Assembly (NCBI GenBank): GCA_038840695.1
Contig: JAWBVE010000005.1
Span: 586-64,585, forward strand
Source of the DNA: Candidatus Pacearchaeota archaeon
Lineage (GTDB): Archaea > Nanobdellota > Nanobdellia > Pacearchaeales > JAPDKA01
Direction: 5' to 3'
Length of the DNA: 64,000 nt
This document shows, one piece after another, positions 54,085-62,855 of this stretch (within the stretch, counting starts at the first letter, position 1; every line of letters starts with the position of its first letter). The translations under genes and the position numbers were made by a program. The notes beneath the pieces were generated by a model. The model was not told the DNA's origin. It was given only the letters and a program-made list of their open reading frames with translations, and made no database searches.

Positions 54085-56259
54085 ATGGTAACAGAGGCAG
54101 AGCTAGTTGAAAAAGTAAAAGAGCTGATGCGAAAGCCTGAAAGAATTAGAAATATAGGGATAGCAGCTCATATAGATCATGGCAAGACGACAATGACAGA
54201 CTCACTGCTTGCAGGAGCAGGAATGATAAGTGAGGAGCTTGCAGGAAAGTTACTTGTTATGGATTTTCACGAAGATGAAAAGCAACGAGGAATAACTATC
54301 GATAGTGCAAATGTTAGCATGGTACATAATGTTGAAGGAGAGGATTATTTGATAAATCTCATTGACACGCCGGGCCATGTTGATTTTGGTGGTGAAGTAA
54401 CAAGAGCTATGCGAGCCATCGATGGAGCTGTCGTGCTTGTTGATGCAGCAGAAGGCATGATGCCGCAGACAGAAACAGTGCTAAGACAAGCTCTAAGAGA
54501 GCGCGTTAAGCCAGTGCTTTTTATTAACAAAGTTGATAGGTTGATAAAAGAGCTAAAGCTAAGTCCTGAAGATATGCAAGCAAGACTAGCCAAAATAATT
54601 ACTGACATAAATAAATTTATTGATTCGATAGTGCCACAAGAGCTGAAAGGAAAGTGGCTTGTGAATGTTCAGGATGGAAGTGTTTGTTTTGGTTCAGCAA
54701 AAGATAAGTGGGCACTTAGTTTTCCTTATATGAAAGAAACTGGCTTAAAGTTTAGTGATGTAATAAATGCTTATTACTCAAATAAGATAGATGAGTTTAG
54801 GAAAAAGGCTCCACTTCATGCTATAGTGCTTAATATGGTTGTTAAGCATCTACCAAATCCACTCGAGGCGCAGCGTTATAGAATACCAAAAATATGGCAT
54901 GGTGATCTTGAGAGCGAAGAAGGCAAGGCTCTTTTAAATTGTTCTCCAGAAGGCCCAGTCGTTTTTATACCTACAAAGATTGTCGTTGATAGGCATGCCG
55001 GCGAAGTAGCTGGTGGCAGACTTTTTAGTGGCACGATAAAGAAGGGCCAAGAGCTTTATTTAAATCTAGCCAAGAAAAAAGTTAGAGTACAACAAGTGAA
55101 TATCTATAAGGGTCCACTTAGGCTTATTGTTGATGAGGCAGTTGCAGGCAATATAATCGGCTTAGTTGGCCTAGAAGGCATTTTTGTCGGCGAGACTGTA
55201 AGCTCATATCCAATTGAGCCATTCGAAGAGCTAAAGCATATATTTGAGCCTGTTGTGACATGTAGCGTAGAGGCTAGGAAGCCTGTTGATTTGCCTAAGT
55301 TAATAGAGGTTCTTAGAGTAGTTCAAAAAGAAGACCCGACAATAAAAGTTGAAATAAACGAGGAGACAGGCCAACATTTGATTAGTGGAATGGGAGAGCT
55401 GCACTTGGATGTGATCACAAATAGAATTAGAACTGAAAAGGGTGTTGATGTAGTTAAGGGAAATCCAATTGTTGTTTATAGAGAATGCCCAACAAGACGC
55501 TCAGGAATTATGCAAGGAAGAAGTCCAAATAAGCATAATGATTTTTTTATTTTTGTCGAGCCGCTCGAGGATGCAGTGTATAATGCAATAAAATCAGGTG
55601 AGCTTCCAGAAATGAAAATTAAGAAAAAAAGTGAGGAACTAATAAATAAGCTTATGGCTCTAGGCATAAGTGGTGACGAGGCGAGGCAGTACAAAGAAAT
55701 TTATAAAGGTTGTGTTTTTCAGGATAGAACGAGAGGAATCATTGCTATAGGTGAAGTCATTGAACTTGTTATGCAAGCTTTTGAGCAAATTGTTGATGCT
55801 GGAATTCTTGCTAAGGAGCCATGTACAAAGCTTAAAGTTTGTCTCGTTGATGCTAGGCTCCATGAAGATGCAATTCATAGAGGGCCGAGCCAAGTAATTC
55901 CTGCTGTTAGACAAGCAATAAGTGATGCACTTAGAGATGCCAATACAATTCTTTATGAGCCAGTTCAGATAATGCAAGTTGAAAGCCCAATAAAGTTTAT
56001 AGGAGAAGTTACTGGAGTTATACAAAGTAAAAGAGGCCAGATATTAAATATTGAGCAAGAGGCAGAGCATGCAATAATAAAAATAAAAATTCCAGTAGCT
56101 GAAACATTTGGCTTGAGCAATGAGCTTAGGGGAGTTAGTGAGGGACGAGCTAATTTCTATGTTATTGATCAGCTCTTCGAGCCTTTGCCTAGAGAGCTTC
56201 AACAAAAGCTAATAAAGCAAATCCGAGAAAGAAAGGGCTTGCAGGGTGTTGTGGATTAA
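54085..56259 (+). CDS. fusA: Elongation factor 2 (aEF-2)
   Basis: 724-aa ORF. GTPase motifs AHIDHGKTT, DTPGHVDF and NKVDR. The domain IV region has the diphthamide-type His context (HEDAIHRGPSQ). Confidence 0.95.
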   Translation: MVTEAELVEKVKELMRKPERIRNIGIAAHIDHGKTTMTDSLLAGAGMISEELAGKLLVMDFHEDEKQRGITIDSANVSMVHNVEGEDYLINLIDTPGHVDFGGEVTRAMRAIDGAVVLVDAAEGMMPQTETVLRQALRERVKPVLFINKVDRLIKELKLSPEDMQARLAKIITDINKFIDSIVPQELKGKWLVNVQDGSVCFGSAKDKWALSFPYMKETGLKFSDVINAYYSNKIDEFRKKAPLHAIVLNMVVKHLPNPLEAQRYRIPKIWHGDLESEEGKALLNCSPEGPVVFIPTKIVVDRHAGEVAGGRLFSGTIKKGQELYLNLAKKKVRVQQVNIYKGPLRLIVDEAVAGNIIGLVGLEGIFVGETVSSYPIEPFEELKHIFEPVVTCSVEARKPVDLPKLIEVLRVVQKEDPTIKVEINEETGQHLISGMGELHLDVITNRIRTEKGVDVVKGNPIVVYRECPTRRSGIMQGRSPNKHNDFFIFVEPLEDAVYNAIKSGELPEMKIKKKSEELINKLMALGISGDEARQYKEIYKGCVFQDRTRGIIAIGEVIELVMQAFEQIVDAGILAKEPCTKLKVCLVDARLHEDAIHRGPSQVIPAVRQAISDALRDANTILYEPVQIMQVESPIKFIGEVTGVIQSKRGQILNIEQEAEHAIIKIKIPVAETFGLSNELRGVSEGRANFYVIDQLFEPLPRELQQKLIKQIRERKGLQGVVD

Positions 56260-56282
56260 GATTGACGCTGGATTAAGGTTGA

Positions 56283-56365
56283 CGCCCGGGGTGGGACTCG
56301 AACCCACACGGGCAAAAGCCCACTGGCTCTCAAGGCCAGCGCCATACCAATTAGGCGACCCGGGC
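56283..56365 (-). tRNA. tRNA-Ser (anticodon TGA), class II
   Basis: Reverse complement GCCCGGGTCGCCTAATTGGTATGGCGCTGGCCTTGAGAGCCAGTGGGCTTTTGCCCGTGTGGGTTCGAGTCCCACCCCGGGCG. Acceptor stem GCCCGGG/CCCGGGC, anticodon stem CTGGC/GCCAG with loop CTTGAGA, variable arm GGGC/GCCC, and T arm GTGGG-TTCGAGT-CCCAC. Confidence 0.92.
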
Positions 56366-56417
56366 TTCAAAATGAAGGCAAGAAAGTTTTTAAAATTTTT
56401 AAAATTAAACAATAAGG

Positions 56418-57113
56418 ATGAGTTATTGGATAAAAGATGCAATAGAAGGCAAAGAAAGCGCGCACAAATATTTTTTGCGTTTTGGAAGAGGAAGCTATGG
56501 TGGGAGAGGGCTGTTAAGTGCTAACATTGAAAAGCGCATTGTTAAGGGAAGCTTTGAAAATGTGCCAGGCATTCTTGTATGGCTTTCACAAAATTCAAAA
56601 TGCTCAGCTAGTGGAAAAATATTAAGCAAGGATGAAATAGACAACATTATTACAAAATCGGGTCTTAAGATTATAGACAAAAAAAAGAAAGGCCTGCTTT
56701 TTGAGTATAGCGTGAGTGGGCAATGCTCTGAGCTAAGTGAACTAGGCAATAAAGCTTATTTTCTCTTGCTCGATGCTAACTCTGACAATTTTAGTTTTAA
56801 ATGTAAGAAGGTCTTGCCAAAGCCTTCTATGAAAGGAGAGATGAAAATAAAGCCAGATTTTTTTACCTTGAACTTTAAAAAGCCAGAGCTCTTTGAAAAT
56901 TTCAAAAAAGAATTTTTCTTTGATTTAGATAAAGAAGCAAAAAAAATTGAAATAACTCACGATATAATTATAGAAAAAATAAACACAGAAGGCTTAGAGC
57001 ATATAAAAGATTTTGAAGCGCTCAGAATTGCAGCAAAAAGAGAAGGTAAAATAATAAGAAAGATAAAAATTAATAGTACAGAATTGATTAAGGAATACAA
57101 AATAAAAATATAA
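56418..57113 (+). CDS. Hypothetical protein
   Basis: 231-aa ORF with ordinary composition and no recognisable motif. It sits between tRNA-Ser and gatE, 11 nt upstream of gatE. Confidence 0.45.
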   Translation: MSYWIKDAIEGKESAHKYFLRFGRGSYGGRGLLSANIEKRIVKGSFENVPGILVWLSQNSKCSASGKILSKDEIDNIITKSGLKIIDKKKKGLLFEYSVSGQCSELSELGNKAYFLLLDANSDNFSFKCKKVLPKPSMKGEMKIKPDFFTLNFKKPELFENFKKEFFFDLDKEAKKIEITHDIIIEKINTEGLEHIKDFEALRIAAKREGKIIRKIKINSTELIKEYKIKI

Positions 57114-57124
57114 TAAAAATAAAG

Positions 57125-58768
57125 ATGGTAAATGTTAAAATTGGGATTGAAATTCATCAGCAGCTCGACACTCGAAAACTTTTTTGTCATTGCCCGAGCT
57201 TGATAAAAGAGAAAGCAAGGCCAGATGCAATCATAAAGAGAAATCTTTTTGCTGTTGCAAGTGAGCTAGGAGCTATTGATGTGGCAGCACTCTTTGAGCA
57301 AGAGAAAGCCAAAAATCATTTTTATTATTTCTATAATGATTGCTGTTGTCTTGTTGAACTTGATGAAAGGCCACCATATCCAATCAATGAGGAAGCTTTG
57401 AAGATAGCTATACAAATAGCGCTCTTACTTAAAGCTGAACTTTTGCCTGTCACACAAGTTATGAGAAAAATTGTGATTGATGGAAGTGATGTGAGTGGTT
57501 TTCAGAGAACAATGCTTATTGCAAGAAATGGCTCGGTTGAGTATGAATGGAATGGCCGGAAAAAGCTTAAAATAGATTCTATATGCCTTGAAGAGGAAGC
57601 AGCAAAAAAGGTTAAGGAAGAAGGCAATGCTGTTTATTGGTCTCTCGACAGATATGGCATTCCTCTTATTGAAATTGCCACAGAGCCGAGCATAAGAGAT
57701 CCAGAAGAGGCTAGGGCAGCAGCTCTTGCTCTCGGCGAATTGCTTAGATCTTGCAAAGTTAAGCGAGGCATAGGAACAATTAGGCAGGATTTAAATATCT
57801 CTGTTGAGGGAGGAGTTAGGACTGAAATAAAAGGTGTTCAAGAGCCAAGGCTAATTCCTAAAGTTCTCGAGAATGAAATAAGCTATCAGCTTAAAAAAAT
57901 TGAGAGAGGCGAGAGACTTGAAGAAAGTGTAAAAAAAGCAGAAGAGGACGGAAGTCTAACTTTTTTAAGACCTCTTCCAGGCTCTGCCAGGATGTATCCT
58001 GAAACAGACCTTCCTTTAGTTGAGATTAGAGCATTTATCGAAGAGGCAAAAAAGAGCCTACCAAAAAGCCTAACTGAAATAAAATCTGAGCTTCTAGCTA
58101 TGCTTGGCAATGCTGATTTGGTTAATGGATTAGCAAGAAGTAGCCAGAAGCTTGAGCTTTGGCAAGAGCTTGCGAGAGAGGTGGAGGCACGAGAGGCAAG
58201 GAAGGCACGAGAAACACGAGAGGCACGTGAGACACGAGAGAGAGGTGAAGTTAGGGGGCTAGAGCCAGGAGAGCTTCATAGAGAGCTTAACATTTTGTTT
58301 GCCGATTTACTTGTGAATGAATTAAAAGCGATCAGTAGAGAGCTCAGGCAAGAAGAAGAAAAGCTTATTCCAATTTCAAAGCCAATTCTGCATAGCATGC
58401 TTCATGATATTATAAGAGGAGAAATTTCAAAGCATGCTGCAAAACAAATTTTGCGAGAATGTATGAAAGATGCAATTGAGAAAGGCCTTGGTTTTGCTTA
58501 TGGTGAGACAAACTATAATGAGATAAAGAAAAATTATTCTATGCTATCAATCGCTCAACTCAAACAAGAAATAGCCAAGCTCTCAGCAAGCATTAAGCCA
58601 GGCTATTTGATGCAAGAAGCAATGAAAAGATTTAAATTAAGGGCTGATGTTAAAAATATCATAGAGATTGTAAATAGCTTGAAAGGAATAGAAGAAAAAG
58701 AAGAAAAAGAAAAGAAAAAAGGGAAGGAGAAAGGGGAGGAGAAAGGAAAAGAAGAGAGAAGGGAGTAG
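57125..58768 (+). CDS. gatE: Glutamyl-tRNA(Gln) amidotransferase subunit E (GatE)
   Basis: 547-aa ORF. KIGIEIHQQLDTRKLFCHCPS, CLVELDERPP, MRKIVIDGSDVSGFQRT, LDRYGIPLIEIATEP and KRGIGTIRQDLNISVEGGVRTEIKGVQ are GatE hallmark blocks. It contains an EAREARKARETREARETRE insert and a K/E tail. Confidence 0.87.
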   Translation: MVNVKIGIEIHQQLDTRKLFCHCPSLIKEKARPDAIIKRNLFAVASELGAIDVAALFEQEKAKNHFYYFYNDCCCLVELDERPPYPINEEALKIAIQIALLLKAELLPVTQVMRKIVIDGSDVSGFQRTMLIARNGSVEYEWNGRKKLKIDSICLEEEAAKKVKEEGNAVYWSLDRYGIPLIEIATEPSIRDPEEARAAALALGELLRSCKVKRGIGTIRQDLNISVEGGVRTEIKGVQEPRLIPKVLENEISYQLKKIERGERLEESVKKAEEDGSLTFLRPLPGSARMYPETDLPLVEIRAFIEEAKKSLPKSLTEIKSELLAMLGNADLVNGLARSSQKLELWQELAREVEAREARKARETREARETRERGEVRGLEPGELHRELNILFADLLVNELKAISRELRQEEEKLIPISKPILHSMLHDIIRGEISKHAAKQILRECMKDAIEKGLGFAYGETNYNEIKKNYSMLSIAQLKQEIAKLSASIKPGYLMQEAMKRFKLRADVKNIIEIVNSLKGIEEKEEKEKKKGKEKGEEKGKEERRE

Positions 58769-58939
58769 GAAAAGGAAGAAAGAGAAAGCAAGAAAAGAAA
58801 AAAAGAAAAGGAAAAGAAAAAGAAAAAGGAAAAGAAAGGAAAAGAGAAAAAAGAAAAAGAAAAAAGGAAAAAATAAGAAAAATAAGAAAAAAGAGAAAAA
58901 ATAAAAAATAAAAAACAAAAAATAAAAAAGAAAAAAGAG
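58690..58939 (+). repeat. Polypurine tract spanning the gatE 3' end (K/E tail), its stop and the whole spacer to the next gene
   Basis: ~250 nt of almost pure A/G (gaagaaaaagaagaaaaagaaaagaaaaaaggg...aaaaaagaaaaaagag) ending at the ATG at 58940. Confidence 0.9.
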
Positions 58940-60043
58940 ATGGAAATTGATATAAGACGCGTTAGAAATCTTATTGGATTGACTTTATTTATCTTATTTC
59001 TAGTCCTTTCTTTGCTTATCCTCAAACCTCTTGCAAGCCCTTTTATTGCAGGAATTTTACTTGCCTATACCTTTTATCCTCTCTATACTTTCTTGCTTAG
59101 ATGGCTTAAGTTCAAAAATTTAGTTGCGCTTTTGATTTGTGCGCTGCTTATTGTTGCTTTTGGCGCCGGGATTTGGTATAGTGCAAAGAAGCTTAGCGAT
59201 CAAGCAGTTTCTTTTTATAAAGATGTTAGAAGATATGATATAGCGGAAAAAGTAGCCAGCTTCGTTAGTAAATTTGTTATTACAAAAGAAGAGCAGGAGC
59301 TCAGAGAAGATCTTGAGGCAAAGATAAGGAGCTATGTTAAGGAGGCATCAAACATAGTAACTAGAAAAGTGGAGGATTTTGCTAAAGGCTTCTTTCTTTT
59401 TATCTTGCAACTTTTTGTTACTTTTTTTGTAATGTTCTATTTCTTGAGGGATGGCAAGGAACTTTATACTTCGCTCTATGAGCTTTTGCCTTTTGATGAG
59501 CGGATAAAGAAAGTTTTTGAAAAGAGAAGCGAGGAAGTGACTAAAGGAGTTATCTATGGCAGAATAGTGCTTGGCATGATTCAGGGCTTATTTGCTGGCA
59601 TAGGCTTTTGGATTTTTGGGGTAAGACAGCCATTGCTTTTTGGCCTTCTTGCAACTTTTTTTGCCATAATTCCTTTTATTGGTGCATGGCTTGTTTGGAT
59701 ACCAGTAGGAATTAATTTATTTTTCATGGTAAATTGGAAACTTGCACTTGGCCATTTGCTTTATCAATTTATTATTACAAGCAATGTAGATAACTTACTT
59801 GCTCCTCTCATAGTTGGAAAAACTGGAAGAATGCATAATTTAGCAGTGCTTATAGGAATGATAGGTGGCATGCTTGCTTTTGGCATTATTGGCCTATTCA
59901 TAGGTCCTCTAATTCTTGAATATTTCTTCCTTTTCATTAAAGTCTATCGAGATTATCTCGAAAAAGAAATGGCGAGAGAAAGGAAAGAAAGGGAAGAGAA
60001 GGAAAAGGAGAGAGAAAGGGCAGAAAGAGAAAAAGAAAAATAA
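58940..60043 (+). CDS. AI-2E family transporter (PerM/UPF0118-like) with K/E/R-rich C-terminal tail
   Basis: 367-aa polytopic ORF. TM topology with a central soluble loop, and ...IIPFIGAWLVWIPV... and ...PLIVGK... segments typical of UPF0118/AI-2E. Confidence 0.6.
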   Translation: MEIDIRRVRNLIGLTLFILFLVLSLLILKPLASPFIAGILLAYTFYPLYTFLLRWLKFKNLVALLICALLIVAFGAGIWYSAKKLSDQAVSFYKDVRRYDIAEKVASFVSKFVITKEEQELREDLEAKIRSYVKEASNIVTRKVEDFAKGFFLFILQLFVTFFVMFYFLRDGKELYTSLYELLPFDERIKKVFEKRSEEVTKGVIYGRIVLGMIQGLFAGIGFWIFGVRQPLLFGLLATFFAIIPFIGAWLVWIPVGINLFFMVNWKLALGHLLYQFIITSNVDNLLAPLIVGKTGRMHNLAVLIGMIGGMLAFGIIGLFIGPLILEYFFLFIKVYRDYLEKEMARERKEREEKEKERERAEREKEK

Positions 60044-60173
60044 AAGGAAAAATAATAAAATCAAAAAATAATAAAATAAAAAAAATAATAAAATAAAAAA
60101 TAAAAACAAAAAACAAAAATAAAAAACAAAAAACAAAAAACAAAAACAGTCAAAATAAAATTCAAAAACAAAA

Positions 60174-61673
60174 ATGTTTGTCAAGACAAGAGCTTTAAAT
60201 TTGCTTGCAGGAAGGCCAGTAGCAATTTTGCCAAATGAGATAGCGAAATGGCTTAATGTGCACATTGGGGATAGAATTATAATAAGGAAATATGGAGAGG
60301 CAAAGGAAATTACGGCTGTGGTTGATATAACAAAGATAGAAGAAAAGGCAGAATATATTTTTGTATCGAATGAAATTCTTGATTTTTTAAGGTTAAAGGA
60401 AGGTGATTTACTTGAAATAAATCCTGCGCCACGGCCTACAAGTACACTTTACATAAGAGAGAAGCTTGATGGAAAAGCCTTAAGCTATGAAAAACTCTTT
60501 GAATTAATGCGCGATATTGTGAGAAATGAGCTTACAGAGGCAGAGATAGCTTATTTTGTTTCTGGAAGCTATATTAGAGGAATGAGTACTGAGGAAATTT
60601 TTAATTTGACTAGGGCAATGGTTGAGGTTGGAAATAAATTAAGTTTTAAAGAGAGATTTGTTCTTGATAAGCACTGCATTGGAGGCATTCCTGGTAATAG
60701 AACTACACCGATTGTGGTAAGCATCATAGCAGCTGCAATCAAAGAGCTAAAGCTTAATGCTGTTATGCCAAAAACATCAAGCAGAGCTATAACGAGTGCA
60801 GCAGGCACAGCAGATGTGATAGAGCAAATAGCAAGAGTTGAGTTTGAGCCAAGTGAGATAATGAGGATTGTGAATAAAGTGAAAGCATGTCTTGTTTGGG
60901 GAGGTAGCTTAGGCATAAGTCCTGCAGATGATAAAATAATTCAGGTTGAGCGTTTCTTAAATCTTGATCCAAAGTGTCAGCTAATAGCTAGTATAATGTC
61001 TAAAAAAATTGCTGTTGGAAGCAATATAGTGCTCATTGATATTCCTTTTGGTCCTGGAGCTAAAGTAAAGACAAGGGAAGAAGCTCTCGAATTTAAAAGG
61101 CTGTTTGAGCTAATAGCTAAAAAATTTAAAATAAAGCTCAAGGCAGTGCTTACAGATGGTAGCCAGCCAATTGGAAATGGTATAGGGCCAATGCTCGAGT
61201 TGCTCGATGTGCTGGCAGTTTTGAAAAATAAACCAACAAAACCAATCGACTTGGCTGAAAAGGCCAACTTTATTGCAAAGCAGCTTCTTTCATTGATAGT
61301 TAGCAAGGAAAGGGCAATTAAGACTGTGGATAAAATAATAAAGAATGGAAAGGCCTATGAGGCATTCAAAGCCATTATTAAAGAGCAACAAGGCAGCATT
61401 GATGAAAAAAAGCTTTCGCCATCGTCAATCTTTAATGAGTTGAAAGCAGAGAAGCCAGGCATAATTAAAGCTATAGACAATAGAAAACTCAACTTAGTTG
61501 CTCGATTTGCTGGATGTCCTGTTGATAAACTTGCAGGAATTTATTTGAAAGCTCATCTTAATGATAGGGTTGAGAAGGGTGAGCCTTATGCAATCATTTA
61601 TGCCGAAACAAAGGAAAAGCTTGATCAAGCAACTACTCTTTTCAACGAAATAAAGCCGATTGAAATAAAATAG
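60174..61673 (+). CDS. deoA: AMP phosphorylase (archaeal DeoA-type thymidine phosphorylase family)
   Basis: 499-aa ORF. The N-terminal extra domain (LNLLAGRPVAILPNEIAKWLNVHIGDRIII) is characteristic of AMP phosphorylase. This is followed by DKHCIGGIPGNRTTPIVVSIIAAA and ...TSSRAITSAAGTAD... glycosyltransferase-family-3 motifs. Confidence 0.75.
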   Translation: MFVKTRALNLLAGRPVAILPNEIAKWLNVHIGDRIIIRKYGEAKEITAVVDITKIEEKAEYIFVSNEILDFLRLKEGDLLEINPAPRPTSTLYIREKLDGKALSYEKLFELMRDIVRNELTEAEIAYFVSGSYIRGMSTEEIFNLTRAMVEVGNKLSFKERFVLDKHCIGGIPGNRTTPIVVSIIAAAIKELKLNAVMPKTSSRAITSAAGTADVIEQIARVEFEPSEIMRIVNKVKACLVWGGSLGISPADDKIIQVERFLNLDPKCQLIASIMSKKIAVGSNIVLIDIPFGPGAKVKTREEALEFKRLFELIAKKFKIKLKAVLTDGSQPIGNGIGPMLELLDVLAVLKNKPTKPIDLAEKANFIAKQLLSLIVSKERAIKTVDKIIKNGKAYEAFKAIIKEQQGSIDEKKLSPSSIFNELKAEKPGIIKAIDNRKLNLVARFAGCPVDKLAGIYLKAHLNDRVEKGEPYAIIYAETKEKLDQATTLFNEIKPIEIK

Positions 61674-61752
61674 AAAGATAGGAAAGAATAAAAAACTCGA
61701 CGGAAAAAATTTCTATGAAAAGATTTTTAAATTCTCTAAGAATAATATTTAG

Positions 61753-62025
61753 ATGGCAAAAGTAACTGGTTCTGAGATTTTTTTTAGAAAAAAACCAGCA
61801 TTAATGCTTGTTACTTTGCTAACAGATGATAAGGCAAGATATGGCTCGATTCTTGCTAAGAAGATTGATTGCACATATAGTCATGCCGTGAAAATTCTAA
61901 AGAATCTTGAAAAGATGAAACTTGTTGAGCTCGAGAAGAAAGGCAGAACAAAACTTGTCCATCTCACACAACAAGGCAAGCAAGTTGCAGAAAGCATAAA
62001 AAAGATTAAAGATTTGATTGGTTAA
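61753..62025 (+). CDS. Small winged-helix transcriptional regulator
   Basis: 90-aa ORF. ARYGSILAKKIDCTYSHAVKILKNLEKMKLVELEKKGRTKLVHLTQQG is an HTH plus wing pattern. Confidence 0.55.
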   Translation: MAKVTGSEIFFRKKPALMLVTLLTDDKARYGSILAKKIDCTYSHAVKILKNLEKMKLVELEKKGRTKLVHLTQQGKQVAESIKKIKDLIG

Positions 62026-62069
62026 AGGCCAAGGGCCGCCAACCTCGCAATCTGTTATCTCCTTACTCC

Positions 62070-62111
62070 ATCCTCTTTAGATCCTCTTCAATCCTCTTTA
62101 GATCCTCTTCA
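62070..62111. repeat. 21-nt x2 perfect tandem repeat in an intergenic spacer
   Basis: atcctctttagatcctcttca at 62070-62090 and 62091-62111. Confidence 0.95.
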
Positions 62112-62165
62112 CTCCACCCTCTTTACTATCTCTTATCTACACTTGCTTCTATCATTGCTCAGCAT

Positions 62166-62201
62166 TTGCATTTAAACTTGCATTTAAACTTGCATTTAAA
62201 C
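62166..62201 (-). repeat. 12-nt x3 tandem repeat spanning the stop codon of the DUF99 gene
   Basis: ttgcatttaaac occurs at 62166-62177, 62178-62189 and 62190-62201. The gene's TAA (62196-62198) lies in the third copy. On the coding strand the copies read GTT TAA ATG CAA, giving repeated in-frame stops. Confidence 0.95.
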
Positions 62202-62825
62202 TCTCCCCTTATTTTCTCCGAGCACAATGCCAGTAGCAATTATATGCGCCACTCGAAGGGGCTCAGGAATGTTGCCAAATCTTATGCTACTTTTTATAAG
62301 CTCTGAAGCTTTTTCCTTGTCAAGGCCATAGCACTGAAAGTAAATTGACTTCCCATTAATTTTAATTTCATTCGGCTTTCCAGCCTCTTCGATAAATTTT
62401 ATTTTTTCCTTCTTACCAATTTTTTTCAACACAGCCTTTATAAGCTTAATTCGAGGCTTTTTTCTACTTACAACAACTACTGGAATTCCTGTTTTAAGAC
62501 AAATTTCCTTAATGTTAAGTACATTAAAGCCACCAAGAGCAATTCCATTAATCATTATAACGCTAAGCTGTTCTTTGTGCTTGCTTCTATTTACAGCCTC
62601 GATGAGCTTTTCTGTGCCATCATCGCCGTCAACTTCAACATAAAAGCTTATTAAGCCATCAAGAGCTTGTGCTCCTCTAAAGATTGTGCCAACAACCAAG
62701 CATTTAGCAGAACTAAATTTCTCGAAGTGCCCATCATCAATGCCAAGAATTCTTATCTCTGGCTTAATGTGCTTTATTTTCTTTATTTTTTTTACCTCCA
62801 AGCTTGCCATAAAAAAGAATGGCAA
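62196..62825 (-). CDS. DUF99/UPF0215-family protein (endonuclease V-like fold)
   Basis: 209-aa ORF. ILGIDDGHF...VVGTIFRGAQALDGLISFYVEVDGDDGTEKL matches the UPF0215 N-terminal pattern. The stop lies inside a 12-nt x3 tandem repeat. Confidence 0.6.
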   Translation of the reverse strand: MPFFFMASLEVKKIKKIKHIKPEIRILGIDDGHFEKFSSAKCLVVGTIFRGAQALDGLISFYVEVDGDDGTEKLIEAVNRSKHKEQLSVIMINGIALGGFNVLNIKEICLKTGIPVVVVSRKKPRIKLIKAVLKKIGKKEKIKFIEEAGKPNEIKINGKSIYFQCYGLDKEKASELIKSSIRFGNIPEPLRVAHIIATGIVLGENKGRV

Positions 62826-62855
62826 TCTATTTAAAATTATTAACTAAAAAGAATA

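Noticed and set aside
6315-56259. Whether large conserved genes (thermosome, aEF-2, Rad50, aCPSF1) contain inteins or frameshifts.
   Set aside because: All are single uninterrupted ORFs of normal or shorter-than-normal length with contiguous motifs. No extra ~150-500-aa insert carrying intein splice-junction residues is present.
6200-62201. Whether the many short tandem repeats represent CRISPR arrays.
   Set aside because: The units are 11-21 nt and directly abutting (no spacers), with only 2-3 copies. No cas genes are present.
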